Assembly: GCA_964247055.1 (NCBI GenBank)
Contig: OZ176055.1
Coordinates: 8,928,001 to 8,992,000, forward strand
Length of the DNA stretch: 64,000 bases
Source: Paragordius varius
Lineage: Eukaryota > Animalia > Nematomorpha
Direction: 5' to 3'
In this document: positions 24,209 to 37,200 of the stretch, one piece after another
How the letters are laid out: every line of letters starts with the position of its first letter
How positions within the stretch are numbered: position 1 is the first letter of the stretch
Position numbers and translations under genes: made by a program
The notes under the pieces: model-generated
Databases searched by the model: none
Told to the model about the DNA's origin: nothing
Seen by the model: the letters and a program-made list of their open reading frames with translations, nothing else

Positions 24209-24807
24209 GTTTAAATAGGCTATATTTATTTTGTTAGTTTTCGTTATTTCGAGTACTTATTAGGGGTTTTCTCTTTGGTTGATTCTTACAAAAATCCACT
24301 ATTCATACCTAGTGGATATTATTTATTTTTAAAATGATTGGTTGCCCTGTGTGAATTTCAGATGGATGTTGGAGAGCTACTTTTAGTAGAATATACTGTT
24401 ATGGGATTGGACCATTTGTATTTACCTAATCTCATTCGATTTAATGGTAATCTAACTTTATTCTGTGAATTGGTTAACTTGGCATGTCCATTGCCTGGCT
24501 TTGCTTGCAAATCTCTCCTATGGGCTCTACGATTACTTATTGTGACCTTCGCCATATTTGGCATAATTAAGGATAGCTTGCGGGATAAGTTGCAGAGCTT
24601 GTGCAACCTGTCCGGATCTATCACACCATACATAAGCCCTTTTAGATTTTTAATACTTGGCTCTTAGCTTGTTGAGTATCTTATTTTATTTAATGTTAAT
24701 ACCATAGAGCTCTTGTTTTTCCATTCTTTACCAAATATTTATACCCATTTAACGAAATAAAGTAAATTTTTGATAAAATAAAATATACACGACTGTATGT
24801 GTTAAAA

Positions 24808-25627
24808 GTCTAAATGTATTTAAATAAACCTAGGGATTTAGACCCCTTCGGAATTTGGATTGGTTATTTTAACATTGAACAATTTTTTTAAATAAGCTAT
24901 GCTTCAAGTAACGTACAAAAGTGATAATAGCTTAAAATTTGTAGGAGTGTATTTGATCATGCTTTAAATGCCATTGTTTATTTATGTTACATAGCAGGAA
25001 GAGCGTTTTTTATTAGTCATTTAGTGTGAAGCTTGTTTGGAAAAGGATCAAAAATATAGTTGTGCCCGTATATGTTTGGACCATTTATCTTAACGATCTT
25101 CATTTTTAACGGCGAGCACTACGGAGCTTGGATATTTATAAATATTGCTTCAAAGCTCTCGAAAAAAATAATAAAACGTTTTAACAATATTTTATAATAT
25201 ATTGAATTTTAAAAGTAATCTTGAGTTATTAGTCGCTCGCTAATTTAAGGTCACCTTATTAAAAATACCAAAAATGCTGTTGATTATGCGTAAATTAAAT
25301 TTTTTTAACTAAATTACAAAAATTACACTTAGCCATGAAAACGTGTAAATATTTTAAATGCCGTGTGTAAAATTTTGCTGATTACATAGTGCACAAAATC
25401 AAGGAGTATATAATTTATTTTTATAAAAGAATATATTATGCATAAATGCCTCAAAGTTCACGTCATTGTTGTTGGAAAGTGATTTAAACATTATACTACT
25501 TTTGAGTTGAGTCTTTATCAAAATAAGTAGCAATCTTAGAGCACATTATGTTAAATACAGTATGCTCATTTATATTCGTGAATTCTCAATATTTTTGACA
25601 AATTGTCAACACGGTAGTGTATGGGTA
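24808..25627. repeat. ~820-bp dispersed repeat, inverted relative to the copy at 51846-52666
   Basis: Collinear reverse-complement similarity (e.g. gttaaatacagtatgctcattta; gtgcacaaaatcaaggagtata), visibly more diverged than the 26389/54313 pair. Confidence 0.8.
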
Positions 25628-26388
25628 AAAACCAAATGTTGAAATTAAACATTTATTTCCTATTTTATGTTTATTCAATTGCAAATAAATTTTGTATAAC
25701 ACATGCTATTGTATTATCCATCGGTAATGTCAATAAGTGGGCATATTGTAGATATGGTGAAAATCATATGTTTCTTTCCATAAAAGTACATATTGAAATT
25801 CAGAAAATGGCATTTGCGCATATTTTTTTGGTTGGTGCTAAATGCTTCATTCTAAAAAATATCATTAAAATTTTATCAACTACAATAGCAAATAATATCA
25901 AATATTTTTAAGATGTGGCCTCAGAAAGTCGTTTTTTGGTTCCTATAAAATTATCCAATTTTCTTATAATAAACGTAAAATGCCGGGATCGTTAAAAATT
26001 TAATGTATATAGTATAAACTAAAAATATTTTTTAAACAATGCATATTTGTAAAAATTTAATTTTAGAAATTTTTTTCGAAATATATTACTATTTTAAGGC
26101 ATGATAGCCACAAAGATAATATAGGAAAACTTGAAAATTTTTATCGTTTGATTTTTGCATTAAAATTTTGGTGTTGTAAAAAAACATAATTTAAATTTAT
26201 ATAAATTTTCAGGTGAACGCATAATTTAATCAAAATTCTGCGGTAATGTTCATTATCATCGTAGTATATAGAAAATTTATTTTAATCGGTTTTATACCGA
26301 TCAAGCCATAAATAGTATCTGGTAGCTTCAAAAAAATTTTTCAAAAAATCAAAATTTTATAAAAGTATGCCTTAATAAATATTTTAGT

Positions 26389-28150
26389 TGATATCAAATT
26401 GCAGATATTCAAAATTTTTATGGCGCATTTACGGCAAAGCGTTTATTTAAGTAAACTAACCCACGAAGAGTAAAAAAATTTGAGACGGTTGGAATACATC
26501 TAAAAATTATTTTTTTAAAAAATATCGGTTTTATTATATGTAGTTATTTGGAAAAAAATTATTTAACACAATGTGCGCAATTCATTTTTTTGTTATAGAG
26601 TCGTAACCACAAAAGTATAAATAACTTTCTTAATAATGACATGTAAGGGGCAAAATCAAAAGACCATGATAATCCTGTTATATTTTTTATCAAATATATA
26701 TTCATAAGGTTGATTTTGTGCAAGCTGTGTAATTCAAAAACCATATGCTAAAAAGGTATGGTTGTTATTAAAAATTATTTGCTTTTGGTTTTGAATTTTT
26801 GTCTGTACAATCTGAATTTTAACTGAATATCGACTATATTTATGTAAATGATTGTTAAAATAAATCTCGGTAACTCTTCTACCCACTCCAAAATGGGCAG
26901 TATTTATAAAATGCACACCAAAGCCCTAGGGTCGCTCAATAACTATTTTTATGATAAAAATAAGTTATTTTTAAAAAATTTATTATACAAAATTTCGTTA
27001 AAATACATTAGTTTGAAATTTAAAATATGGTGGAAACGATATGAAAACAGTTTAAGATATAATAGATCCATATAACTTCCAAGAGCATTAATATTCCTTG
27101 GTTGGTTCTTCCAATTATTTACAATCACAGTAGGAATATTCAAAGGATATCACCTAGCCATATCAGATTAAATGACATTACAGATAAAAACGATTTGTAT
27201 CATATAAAAATATTTTACGCAGAGATATTCGTAACAAAATAAATGAATGTATTCAATGTCACTTATTAATTTGTTTCGAATATATTTTTATATATTAAAC
27301 TTTTAAGTATCCGATTGAAGAAATATCTGTATATTTAAATATTTTTATCATATTAATATTATTAGTGTAACCTAGAGTTATATAGAATTTAAATTTAATA
27401 ATTTTATTATAACAATCATTTTATATTGATTGTCTACTATTACTTAAGTAATTAATTGGTTTAAAAAAATTAAAAATGAAACGTAAATCTTCTGATGAAT
27501 TAAAAACTCAATCAAAAAAACAAAAAATATCTCAAAACACGGCATCTAAAATAAAAAGTACACCCATTAAAAGGAAAGGCAAACAGTCAACATCTAGCAA
27601 GAAAGCGGAAAGCAAATCCAGAAAGATAGGATTGCAAAATAAAATTGTTAAGGGAAAAAGTTGTATAAACGGAGTTCCGTAACAAAACCTATAAAATCGA
27701 TAAAACATAAGACTAAACCAGTTTTAAAATCAACAAGAAAAGTAAAATCCCTAAGGCAGAACATAACAACCAAACATAAGAGCTCTCAATCAAATAACAA
27801 AAATTCCAAAGTGAATCGCAAAAATGAAATGCCAAAAGTAAATAAAAAAGGGATAAAGTTTTGCAAAAAACGTGTATTGAAAGATAAGAAAAACGCGGAA
27901 TCCAATAAGAGATTTAAAATGGGTGAAGACATACCTCTGGAAATCAAGTCATCAGATATGAACTTAAGTATCCTGTGTAATAGTTCGATTTCAGAGTTAA
28001 AGATTGAGAAAAAAATAGACAACACTATAAGTGAACATATTATTATAACTAATAAAAACGTTACTGCCCTACGAATAACCCGGAAAAATGCATCAGCTAA
28101 ACAAGAAATTCTGGAAAATGTTGTTATAACCCCAAGAAGTGAAACCAATT
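26389..28150 (+). repeat. Duplicated unit (1.1 kb upstream region plus basic-protein gene head), inverted copy at 54313-56101
   Basis: Continuous reverse-complement alignment from tatcaaattgcagatattc (26392 vs 56101) through the ORF into the first repeat monomers. Confidence 0.92.
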
Positions 28151-28227
28151 GTCTTGAAAATGTTGTTATAATCCCAAGAAGTCAAACCAATTGTCTGGAA
28201 AATGTTGTTATAATCCCAAGAAGTTAA
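27476..28227 (+). pseudogene. Disrupted gene for a Lys/Ser-rich basic protein with C-terminal 14-aa tandem repeats; function unknown
   Basis: ORFs 27476-27682 and 27661-28227 join once a 1-nt deletion (aagttgtat vs aagtttgtat in all other copies) is repaired. 18 K + 3 R in the first 62 residues. TAA at 28225 in the third repeat. Confidence 0.7.
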
Positions 28228-31200
28228 ACCAATTGTCTGGAAAACGTTGCTCTAGCCTCAAGAAGTGAAACCACCAATTGTCTGGAAAATGTTGTTCTAG
28301 CCCCAAAAGGTGAAGCCAATTGTCTAGAAAATGTTGGAATAATCACAAGAAGTGAAACCAATTGTCTGGAAAATGTTGTTATAACCCCAAGAAGTGAAAC
28401 CAATTGTCTAGAAAATGTTGTTATAAACCCAAGAAGTGAAGCCAATTGTCTACAAAATGTTGTTATAACCCCAAGAAGTGAAACCACCAATTGTCTGGAA
28501 AACGTTGTTCTAGCCTAAAAAGTGAAGCCAATTGTCTAGAAAATGTTATAACCCCAAGAGGTGAAACCAATTGTCTAGAAAATGTTGTTATAACCCCAAG
28601 AAGTGAAACCAATTGTCTGGAAAATGTTGTTCTAGCCCCAAGAAGTGAAACCAATTGTGTGGAAAATGTTGCTATAATCCCAAGAAGTGAAACCAATTGT
28701 CTGGAAAATGTTGTTATAACCCCAAGAAGTGAAACCAATTGTCTAGAAAATGTTGTTATAATCCCAAGAAGTGAAACCAATTGTCTGGAAAATGTTGTTA
28801 TAATCCCAAGAAGTTAAACCAATTGTCTGGAAAACGTTGCTCTAGCCCCAAAAGGTGAAGCCAATTGTCTAGAAAATGTTGTTCTAGCCCCAAGAAGTGA
28901 AACCAATTGTCTGGAAAATGTTGTTATAATCCCAAGAAGTGAAACCACCAATTGTCTGGAAAACGTTGTTCTAGCCTAAAGAAGTGAAACCAAATCTCTA
29001 GAAAATGTTGTTATAACCCCAAGAAGAAGCCAATTGTCTACAAAATGTTGTTATAATCCCAAAAGCAAAACCAATTGTCTGGAAAATGTTGTTCTAGCCC
29101 CAAGAAGTGAAACCACCAATTGTCTCGAAAATGTTGTTCTAGCCCCAAGAAAAGAAACCAATTGCCTAGAAAATGTTGTTATAACCCCAAGAAGTGAAAC
29201 CAATTGTCTAGAAAATGTTGTTATAACCCCAAGAAGTGAAACCAATTGTCTAGAAAATGTTGTTAATATAAAAGAGTGAAACCACCAATTTTCTGGAAAA
29301 TGTTGTTCTAGCCCCAAGAAGTGAAACCACCAATTGTCGGGAAAATGTTGTTCTAGGCCCAAGAAGTGAAGCCAACTATCTAGAAAATGTTGTTATAATC
29401 CCAAGAAGTGAAACCAATTGTCTGGAAAATGTTGTTCTAGCCCCAAGAAGTGAAACCAATTGTCTGGAAAATGTTGTTATAATCCCAAGAAGTGAAACCA
29501 ATTGTCTAGACAATGTTGTTATAGCCCCAAGAAGTGAAACCAAATGTCTAAAAAAATTTGTTATCACCCCAAGAAGTTAAGCTAATTGTCTACAAAATGT
29601 TGCTATAATCCCAAGAAGTGAAACCAATTGTCTGGAAAATTTTGTTCTAGCCCCAAGAAGTGAAACCACCAATTGTCTGGAAATTGTTGTTCTAGCCCCA
29701 AGAAGTGCACCAATTGTCTGGAAAATTTTGTTCTAGCCCCAAGAAGTGAAATGAAATGTCTAGAAAATGTTGTTATAACTCCAAGAAGTGAAGCCAATTG
29801 TCTGGAAAATGTTGTTCTGGCCCCAAGAAGTGAAACCACCAAATGTCTGGAAAATGTTGTTATAACCCCAAGAAGTGAAACCAAATGTCTAGAAAATGTT
29901 GTTATAACCCCAAGAAGTGAAGCCAATTGTCTGGAAAATTTTGTTCTAGCCCCAAGAAGTGAAACCACCAATTGTCTGGAAAATGTTATTCTAGCCCCAA
30001 GAAGTGAAGCCAATTGTCTAGAAAATGTTGTTATAACCGCAAGAATGAAACAATTATCCAGAAAATGTTGTTATAATCCCAAGAAGTGAAACTAATTGTC
30101 TAGATTTCTAGACAATCTAGATTTCTAGACAATCTAGATTTATAGACAATCTAGATTTATAGACAATCTAGATTTATAGACAATTGGTTTCACATCTTGG
30201 GATTATAACAACATTTTCCAGACAATTGGTTTCACTTCTTGGGATTATAACAACATTTTCTATACAATTGGCTTCACTTCTTGGGGCTAGAACAACATTT
30301 TCCACAAAATTGGTGGTTTCACTTCTTGGGATTATAACAACATTTTCTAGACAGTTGGTTTCACTTCTTGGGGCTAGAACAACATTTTCCAGACAATTGG
30401 TTTTGCTTCTTGGGATTATAACAACATTTTGTAGACAATTGGCTCCTTCATGGTGTTATAACAACATTTTTTAGACTTTATTTCTTGGAGCTAGAACAAC
30501 ATATTCCAAACATTCGGGTTCACTTCTTGGGTGTAAAACAACATTTTTCAGACAATTGGTTTCACTTCTTGGGATTATAACACTATTTTCTATACAATTG
30601 GTTTCACTTCTTGGGGATATAACAACATTTTCCAGACAATTGGTGGTTTCACTTCTTGGGATTATAACAACATTTTCTATACAATTGGTTTCACTTCTTG
30701 GGGATATAACAACATTTTTCAGACAATTGGTGGTTTCACTTCTTGGGTGTAAAACAACATTTTTCAGACAATTGGTTCACTTCTTGGGATTATAACAACA
30801 TTTTCTAGACAATTGGCTTTACTTCTTGGGGTTAGAACAACATTTTCCAGACAATTGGTGGTTTCACTTCATGGGGCTAGAACAACATTTTTTAGACAAT
30901 TGGTATTTTCACTCCCGGGGGCTAGAACAACATTTTCCAAACATTCTGTTTCACTTCTTGGGATTATAACAACATTTTCTAGACAATTGGTTTCACTTCT
31001 TGGGGCTAGAACAACATTTTCCAGACAATTGGTTTCACTTCTTGGGTTTAAACAACATTTTCCAGAAATTCTTGTGTAGCTGATGCATTTGTCCGGGTTA
31101 TTCGTGCAGTAACGTTTTTATTAGTTATAATAATATGTTCACTTATAGTGTTATCGATGATCTGATGTCTTGATTTCCAAAGGTATGTGTTCACCTTTTT

Positions 31201-34200
31201 TAAATCTCTTATTGGATTCCGCGTTTTTCTTATCTTTCATTACACATTTTTGGGAAAACTTTATCTCTTTATTTACTTTAGGCATTCATTTTTGCGATTC
31301 ACTTTGGGATTTTTGTTATTTGATTGAGAGCTCTTATGTTTGGTTTTCTGCCTTAGAGATTTTACATGTCTTGTTGGTTTTAAAACTGGTTTAGTCTTAT
31401 GCTTTACCGATTACATAGGTTTTGTTAGGGAACTCCGTTTATACAAACTTTTTCGCATAACATAAATGTTGTTATAATCCCAAGAAGTGAAACCAATTGT
31501 CTGGAAAATGTTGTTCTAGCCCCAAGAAGTAAAACCACCAATTGTCTCGAAAATGTTGTTCTAGCCCCAAGAAGTGAAACCACCAATTGTTTGGAAAATG
31601 TTGTTATAACCCCAAGAAGTGAAACCAATTGCCTAGAAAATGTTGTTATAACCCCAAGAAGTGAAACCAATTGTTTAGATGTTGTTATAACCCCAAGGAG
31701 TGAAACCAATTGTCTGGAAGATGTTGTTATAATCCCAAGAAACGAAACCAATTGTCTAGAAAATGTTGTTCTAGCCCCAAGAAGTGAAACCAATTGTCTA
31801 GATGTTGTTATAACCCCAAGAAGTGAAATCAATTGTCTGGACGATGTTGTTATAATCCCAAGAAACGAAACCAATTGTCTGGAAAATGTTGTTCTAGCCC
31901 CAAGAAGTGAAACCAATTGTATAGAAAGTGTTGTTATAACTCCATGAAGAAAAACCACCAATTGTCTAGAAAATGTTGTTATAACCCCAAGAAGCGAAAC
32001 CGAATGTTTGGAATATGTTGTTCTAGCTCCAAGAAGTGAAACCACCAATTGTCTAGAAAATATTGTTATAACCCCAAGAAGTGAAACCAATTGTCTAGAT
32101 GTTGTTATAACCCCAAGAAGTGAAACCAATTGTCTGGAAGATGTTGTTCTAGCCCCAAGAAGTAAAACCAATTGTCTGGAAAATGTTGTTCTAGCCCCAA
32201 GAAACAAAACCAATTGTCTGGAAAATGTTGTTATAACCCCAAGAAGTGAAACCACCAATTGTCTAGAAAATGTTGTTATAACCCCAAGAAGTGAAACCAA
32301 TTGTTTAGATGTTGTTATAACCCCAAGGAGTGAAACCAATTGTCTGGAAGATGTTGTTATAATCCCAAGAAACGAAACCAATTGTCTGGAAAATGTTGTT
32401 CTAGTCCCAAGAAGTGAAACCAATTGTCTAGATGTTGTTATAACCCCAAGAAGTGAAACCAATTGTCTGGAAGATGTTGTTATAATCCCAAGAAACGAAA
32501 CCAATTGTCTGGAAAATGTTGTTCTAGCCCCAAGAAGTGAAACCACCAATTGTCTAGAAAATGTTGTTATAACCCCAAGAAGTGAAACCAATTGTCTGGA
32601 AAATGTTGTTCTAGGCCCAAGAAGTGAAACCACCGATTGTCTGGAAAATGTGGTTATAGCCCCAAAAAGTGAAACCACATTGTCCTGAAAATGTTGTTCT
32701 AGCTCCAAGAAAAAACCAATTGTCTAAAAAATGTTGTTCTAGCCCCAAGAAGTAATACCAATTGTCAGGAAAATGTTGTTCTAGCCCAAAGAAACAAAAC
32801 CAATTGTCTGGAAAATGTTGTTCTGGCCCCAAGAAGTGAAACCACCAAATGTCTGGAAAATGTTGTTATAACCCCAAGAAGTGAAACCAAATGTCTAGAA
32901 AATGTTGTTATAACCCCAAGAAGTGAAGCCAATTGTCTGGAAAATTTTGTTCTAGCCCCAAGAAGTGAAACCACCAATTGTCTGGAAAATGTTATTCTAG
33001 CCCCAAGAAGTGAAGCCAATTGTCTAGAAAATGTTGTTATAACCGCAAGAATGAAACAATTATCCAGAAAATGTTGTTATAATCCCAAGAAGTGAAACTA
33101 ATTGTCTAGATTTCTAGACAATCTAGATTTCTAGACAATCTAGATTTATAGACAATCTAGATTTATAGACAATCTAGATTTATAGACAATTGGTTTCACA
33201 TCTTGGGATTATAACAACATTTTCCAGACAATTGGTTTCACTTCTTGGGATTATAACAACATTTTCTATACAATTGGCTTCACTTCTTGGGGCTAGAACA
33301 ACATTTTCCACAAAATTGGTGGTTTCACTTCTTGGGATTATAACAACATTTTCTAGACAGTTGGTTTCACTTCTTGGGGCTAGAACAACATTTTCCAGAC
33401 AATTGGTTTTGCTTCTTGGGATTATAACAACATTTTGTAGACAATTGGCTCCTTCATGGTGTTATAACAACATTTTTTAGACTTTATTTCTTGGAGCTAG
33501 AACAACATATTCCAAACATTCGGGTTCACTTCTTGGGTGTAAAACAACATTTTTCAGACAATTGGTTTCACTTCTTGGGATTATAACACTATTTTCTATA
33601 CAATTGGTTTCACTTCTTGGGGATATAACAACATTTTCCAGACAATTGGTGGTTTCACTTCTTGGGATTATAACAACATTTTCTATACAATTGGTTTCAC
33701 TTCTTGGGGATATAACAACATTTTTCAGACAATTGGTGGTTTCACTTCTTGGGTGTAAAACAACATTTTTCAGACAATTGGTTTCACTTCTTGGGATTAT
33801 AACAACATTTTCTAGACAATTGGCTTTACTTCTTGGGGTTAGAACAACATTTTCCAGACAATTGGTGGTTTCACTTCATGGGGCTAGAACAACATTTTTT
33901 AGACAATTGGTATTTTCACTCCCGGGGGCTAGAACAACATTTTCCAAACATTCTGTTTCACTTCTTGGGATTATAACAACATTTTCTAGACAATTGGTTT
34001 CACTTTTTGGGGCTAGAACAACATTACCAGACAATTGGTTTCACTTCTTGGGTTTAAACAACATTTTCCAGAAATTCTTGTGTAGCTGATGCATTTGTCC
34101 GGGTTATTCGTGCAGTAACGTTTTTATTAGTTATAATAATATGTTCACTTATAGTGTTATCGATGATCTGATGTCTTGATTTCCAAAGGTATGTGTTCAC

Positions 34201-37200
34201 CTTTTTTAAATCTCTTATTGGATTCCGCGTTTTTCTTATCTTTCATTACACATTTTTGGGAAAACTTTATCTCTTTATTTACTTTAGGCATTCATTTTTG
34301 CGATTCACTTTGGGATTTTTGTTATTTGATTGAGAGCTCTTATGTTTGGTTTTCTGCCTTAGAGATTTTACATGTCTTGTTGGTTTTAAAACTGGTTTAG
34401 TCTTATGCTTTACCGATTACATAGGTTTTGTTAGGGAACTCCGTTTATACAAACTTTTTCGCATAACATAAATGTTGTTATAATCCCAAGAAGTGAAACC
34501 AATTGTCTGGAAAATGTTGTTCTAGCCCCAAGAAGTAAAACCACCAATTGTCTCGAAAATGTTGTTCTAGCCCCAAGAAGTGAAACCACCAATTGTTTGG
34601 AAAATGTTGTTATAACCCCAAGAAGTGAAACCAATTGCCTAGAAAATGTTGTTATAACCCCAAGAAGTGAAACCAATTGTTTAGATGTTGTTATAACCCC
34701 AAGGAGTGAAACCAATTGTCTGGAAGATGTTGTTATAATCCCAAGAAACGAAACCAATTGTCTAGAAAATGTTGTTCTAGCCCCAAGAAGTGAAACCAAT
34801 TGTCTAGATGTTGTTATAACCCCAAGAAGTGAAATCAATTGTCTGGACGATGTTGTTATAATCCCAAGAAACGAAACCAATTGTCTGGAAAATGTTGTTC
34901 TAGCCCCAAGAAGTGAAACCAATTGTATAGAAAGTGTTGTTATAACTCCATGAAGAAAAACCACCAATTGTCTAGAAAATGTTGTTATAACCCCAAGAAG
35001 CGAAACCGAATGTTTGGAATATGTTGTTCTAGCTCCAAGAAGTGAAACCACCAATTGTCTAGAAAATATTGTTATAACCCCAAGAAGTGAAACCAATTGT
35101 CTAGATGTTGTTATAACCCCAAGAAGTGAAACCAATTGTCTGGAAGATGTTGTTCTAGCCCCAAGAAGTAAAACCAATTGTCTGGAAAATGTTGTTCTAG
35201 CCCCAAGAAACAAAACCAATTGTCTGGAAAATGTTGTTATAACCCCAAGAAGTGAAACCACCAATTGTCTAGAAAATGTTGTTATAACCCCAAGAAGTGA
35301 AACCAATTGTTTAGATGTTGTTATAACCCCAAGGAGTGAAACCAATTGTCTGGAAGATGTTGTTATAATCCCAAGAAACGAAACCAATTGTCTGGAAAAT
35401 GTTGTTCTAGTCCCAAGAAGTGAAACCAATTGTCTAGATGTTGTTATAACCCCAAGAAGTGAAACCAATTGTCTGGAAGATGTTGTTATAATCCCAAGAA
35501 ACGAAACCAATTGTCTGGAAAATGTTGTTCTAGCCCCAAGAAGTGAAACCACCAATTGTCTAGAAAATGTTGTTATAACCCCAAGAAGTGAAACCAATTG
35601 TCTGGAAAATGTTGTTCTAGGCCCAAGAAGTGAAACCACCGATTGTCTGGAAAATGTGGTTATAGCCCCAAAAAGTGAAACCACATTGTCCTGAAAATGT
35701 TGTTCTAGCTCCAAGAAAAAACCAATTGTCTAAAAAATGTTGTTCTAGCCCCAAGAAGTAATACCAATTGTCAGGAAAATGTTGTTCTAGCCCAAAGAAA
35801 CAAAACCAATTGTCTGGAAAATGTTGTTCTAGCTCCAAGAAGTGAAACCACCAATTGTCTAGAAAATGTTATTATAACCCCAAGAAGTGAAACCAATTGT
35901 CTGGAAAATGTTGTTCTAGGCCCAAGAAGTGAAACCACCAATTGTCTGGAAAATGTTGTTCTAGCCCCAAAAAGTGAAACCACATTGTCCTGAAAATGTT
36001 TTTCTAGCTCCAAGAAAAAACCAATTGTCTAAAAATGTTGTTCTAGGCCCAAGAAGTGAAACCAATTGTCTGGAAAATGCTAGCCCCAAAAACTGAAACC
36101 ACATTGTCCTGAAAATGTTGTTCGAGCTCCAAGAAAAAACCAATTGTCGGGAAAATGTTGTTCTAGCCCCAAGAAACAAAACCAATTGTCTGGAAAATGT
36201 TGTTATAATCCCAAGAAACGAAACCAATTGTCTAGAAAATGTTGTTCTAGCCCCAAGAAGTGAAAATAATTGTCTAGATGTTGTTATAACCCCAAGAAGT
36301 GAAACCAATTGTCTGGACGATGTTGTTATAATCCCAAGAAACGAAACCAATTGTCTGGAAAATGTTGTTCTAGCCCCAAGAAGTGAAACCAATTGTATAG
36401 AAAGTGTTGTTATAACTCCATGAAGTGAAACCAATTGTCTAGAAAATGTTGTTATAATCCCAAGAAGCGAAACCGAATGTTTGGAATATGTTGTTCTAGC
36501 TCCAAGAAGTGAAACTACCAATTGTCTAGAAAATATTGTTATAACCCCAAGAAGTGAAACCAATTGTCCAGATGTTGTTATAACCCCAAGAAGTGAAACC
36601 AATTGTCTGGAAGAAGTTGTTCTAGCCCCAAGAAGTAAAACCAATTGTCGGGAAAATGTTGTTCTAGCCCCAAGAAACAAAACCAATTGTCTGGAAAATG
36701 TTGTTATAACCCCAAGAAGTGAAACCACCAATTGTCTAGAAAATGTTGTTATAACCCCAAGAAGTGAAACCAATTGTTTAGATGTTGTTATAACCCCAAG
36801 GAGTGAAACCAATTGTCTGGAAGATGTTGTTATAATCCCAAGAAACGAAACCAATTGTCTGGAAAATGTTGTTCTAGCCCCAAGAAGTGAAACCAATTGT
36901 CTAGATGTTGTTATAACCCCAAGAAGTGAAACCAATTGTCTGGAAGATGTTGTTATAATCCCAAGAAACGAAACCAATTGTCTGGAAAATGTTGTTCTAG
37001 CCCCAAGAAGTGAAACCACCAATTGTCTAGAAAATATTGTTATAACCCCAAGAAGTGAAACCAATTGTCTAGATGTTGTTATAACCCCAAGAAGTGAAAC
37101 CAATTGTCTGGAAGATGTTGTTCTAGCCCCAAGAAGTAAAACCAATTGTCGGAAAAATGTTGTTCTAGCCCTAAGAAACAAAACCAATTGTCTGGAAAAT

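Noticed and set aside
25621-27143. Cluster of 60-96 aa ORFs rich in K/N/I/F/Y
   Set aside because: Composition is what random AT-rich DNA gives. The region is the non-coding upstream part of the duplicated unit, and these frames were not seen conserved in the second copy.
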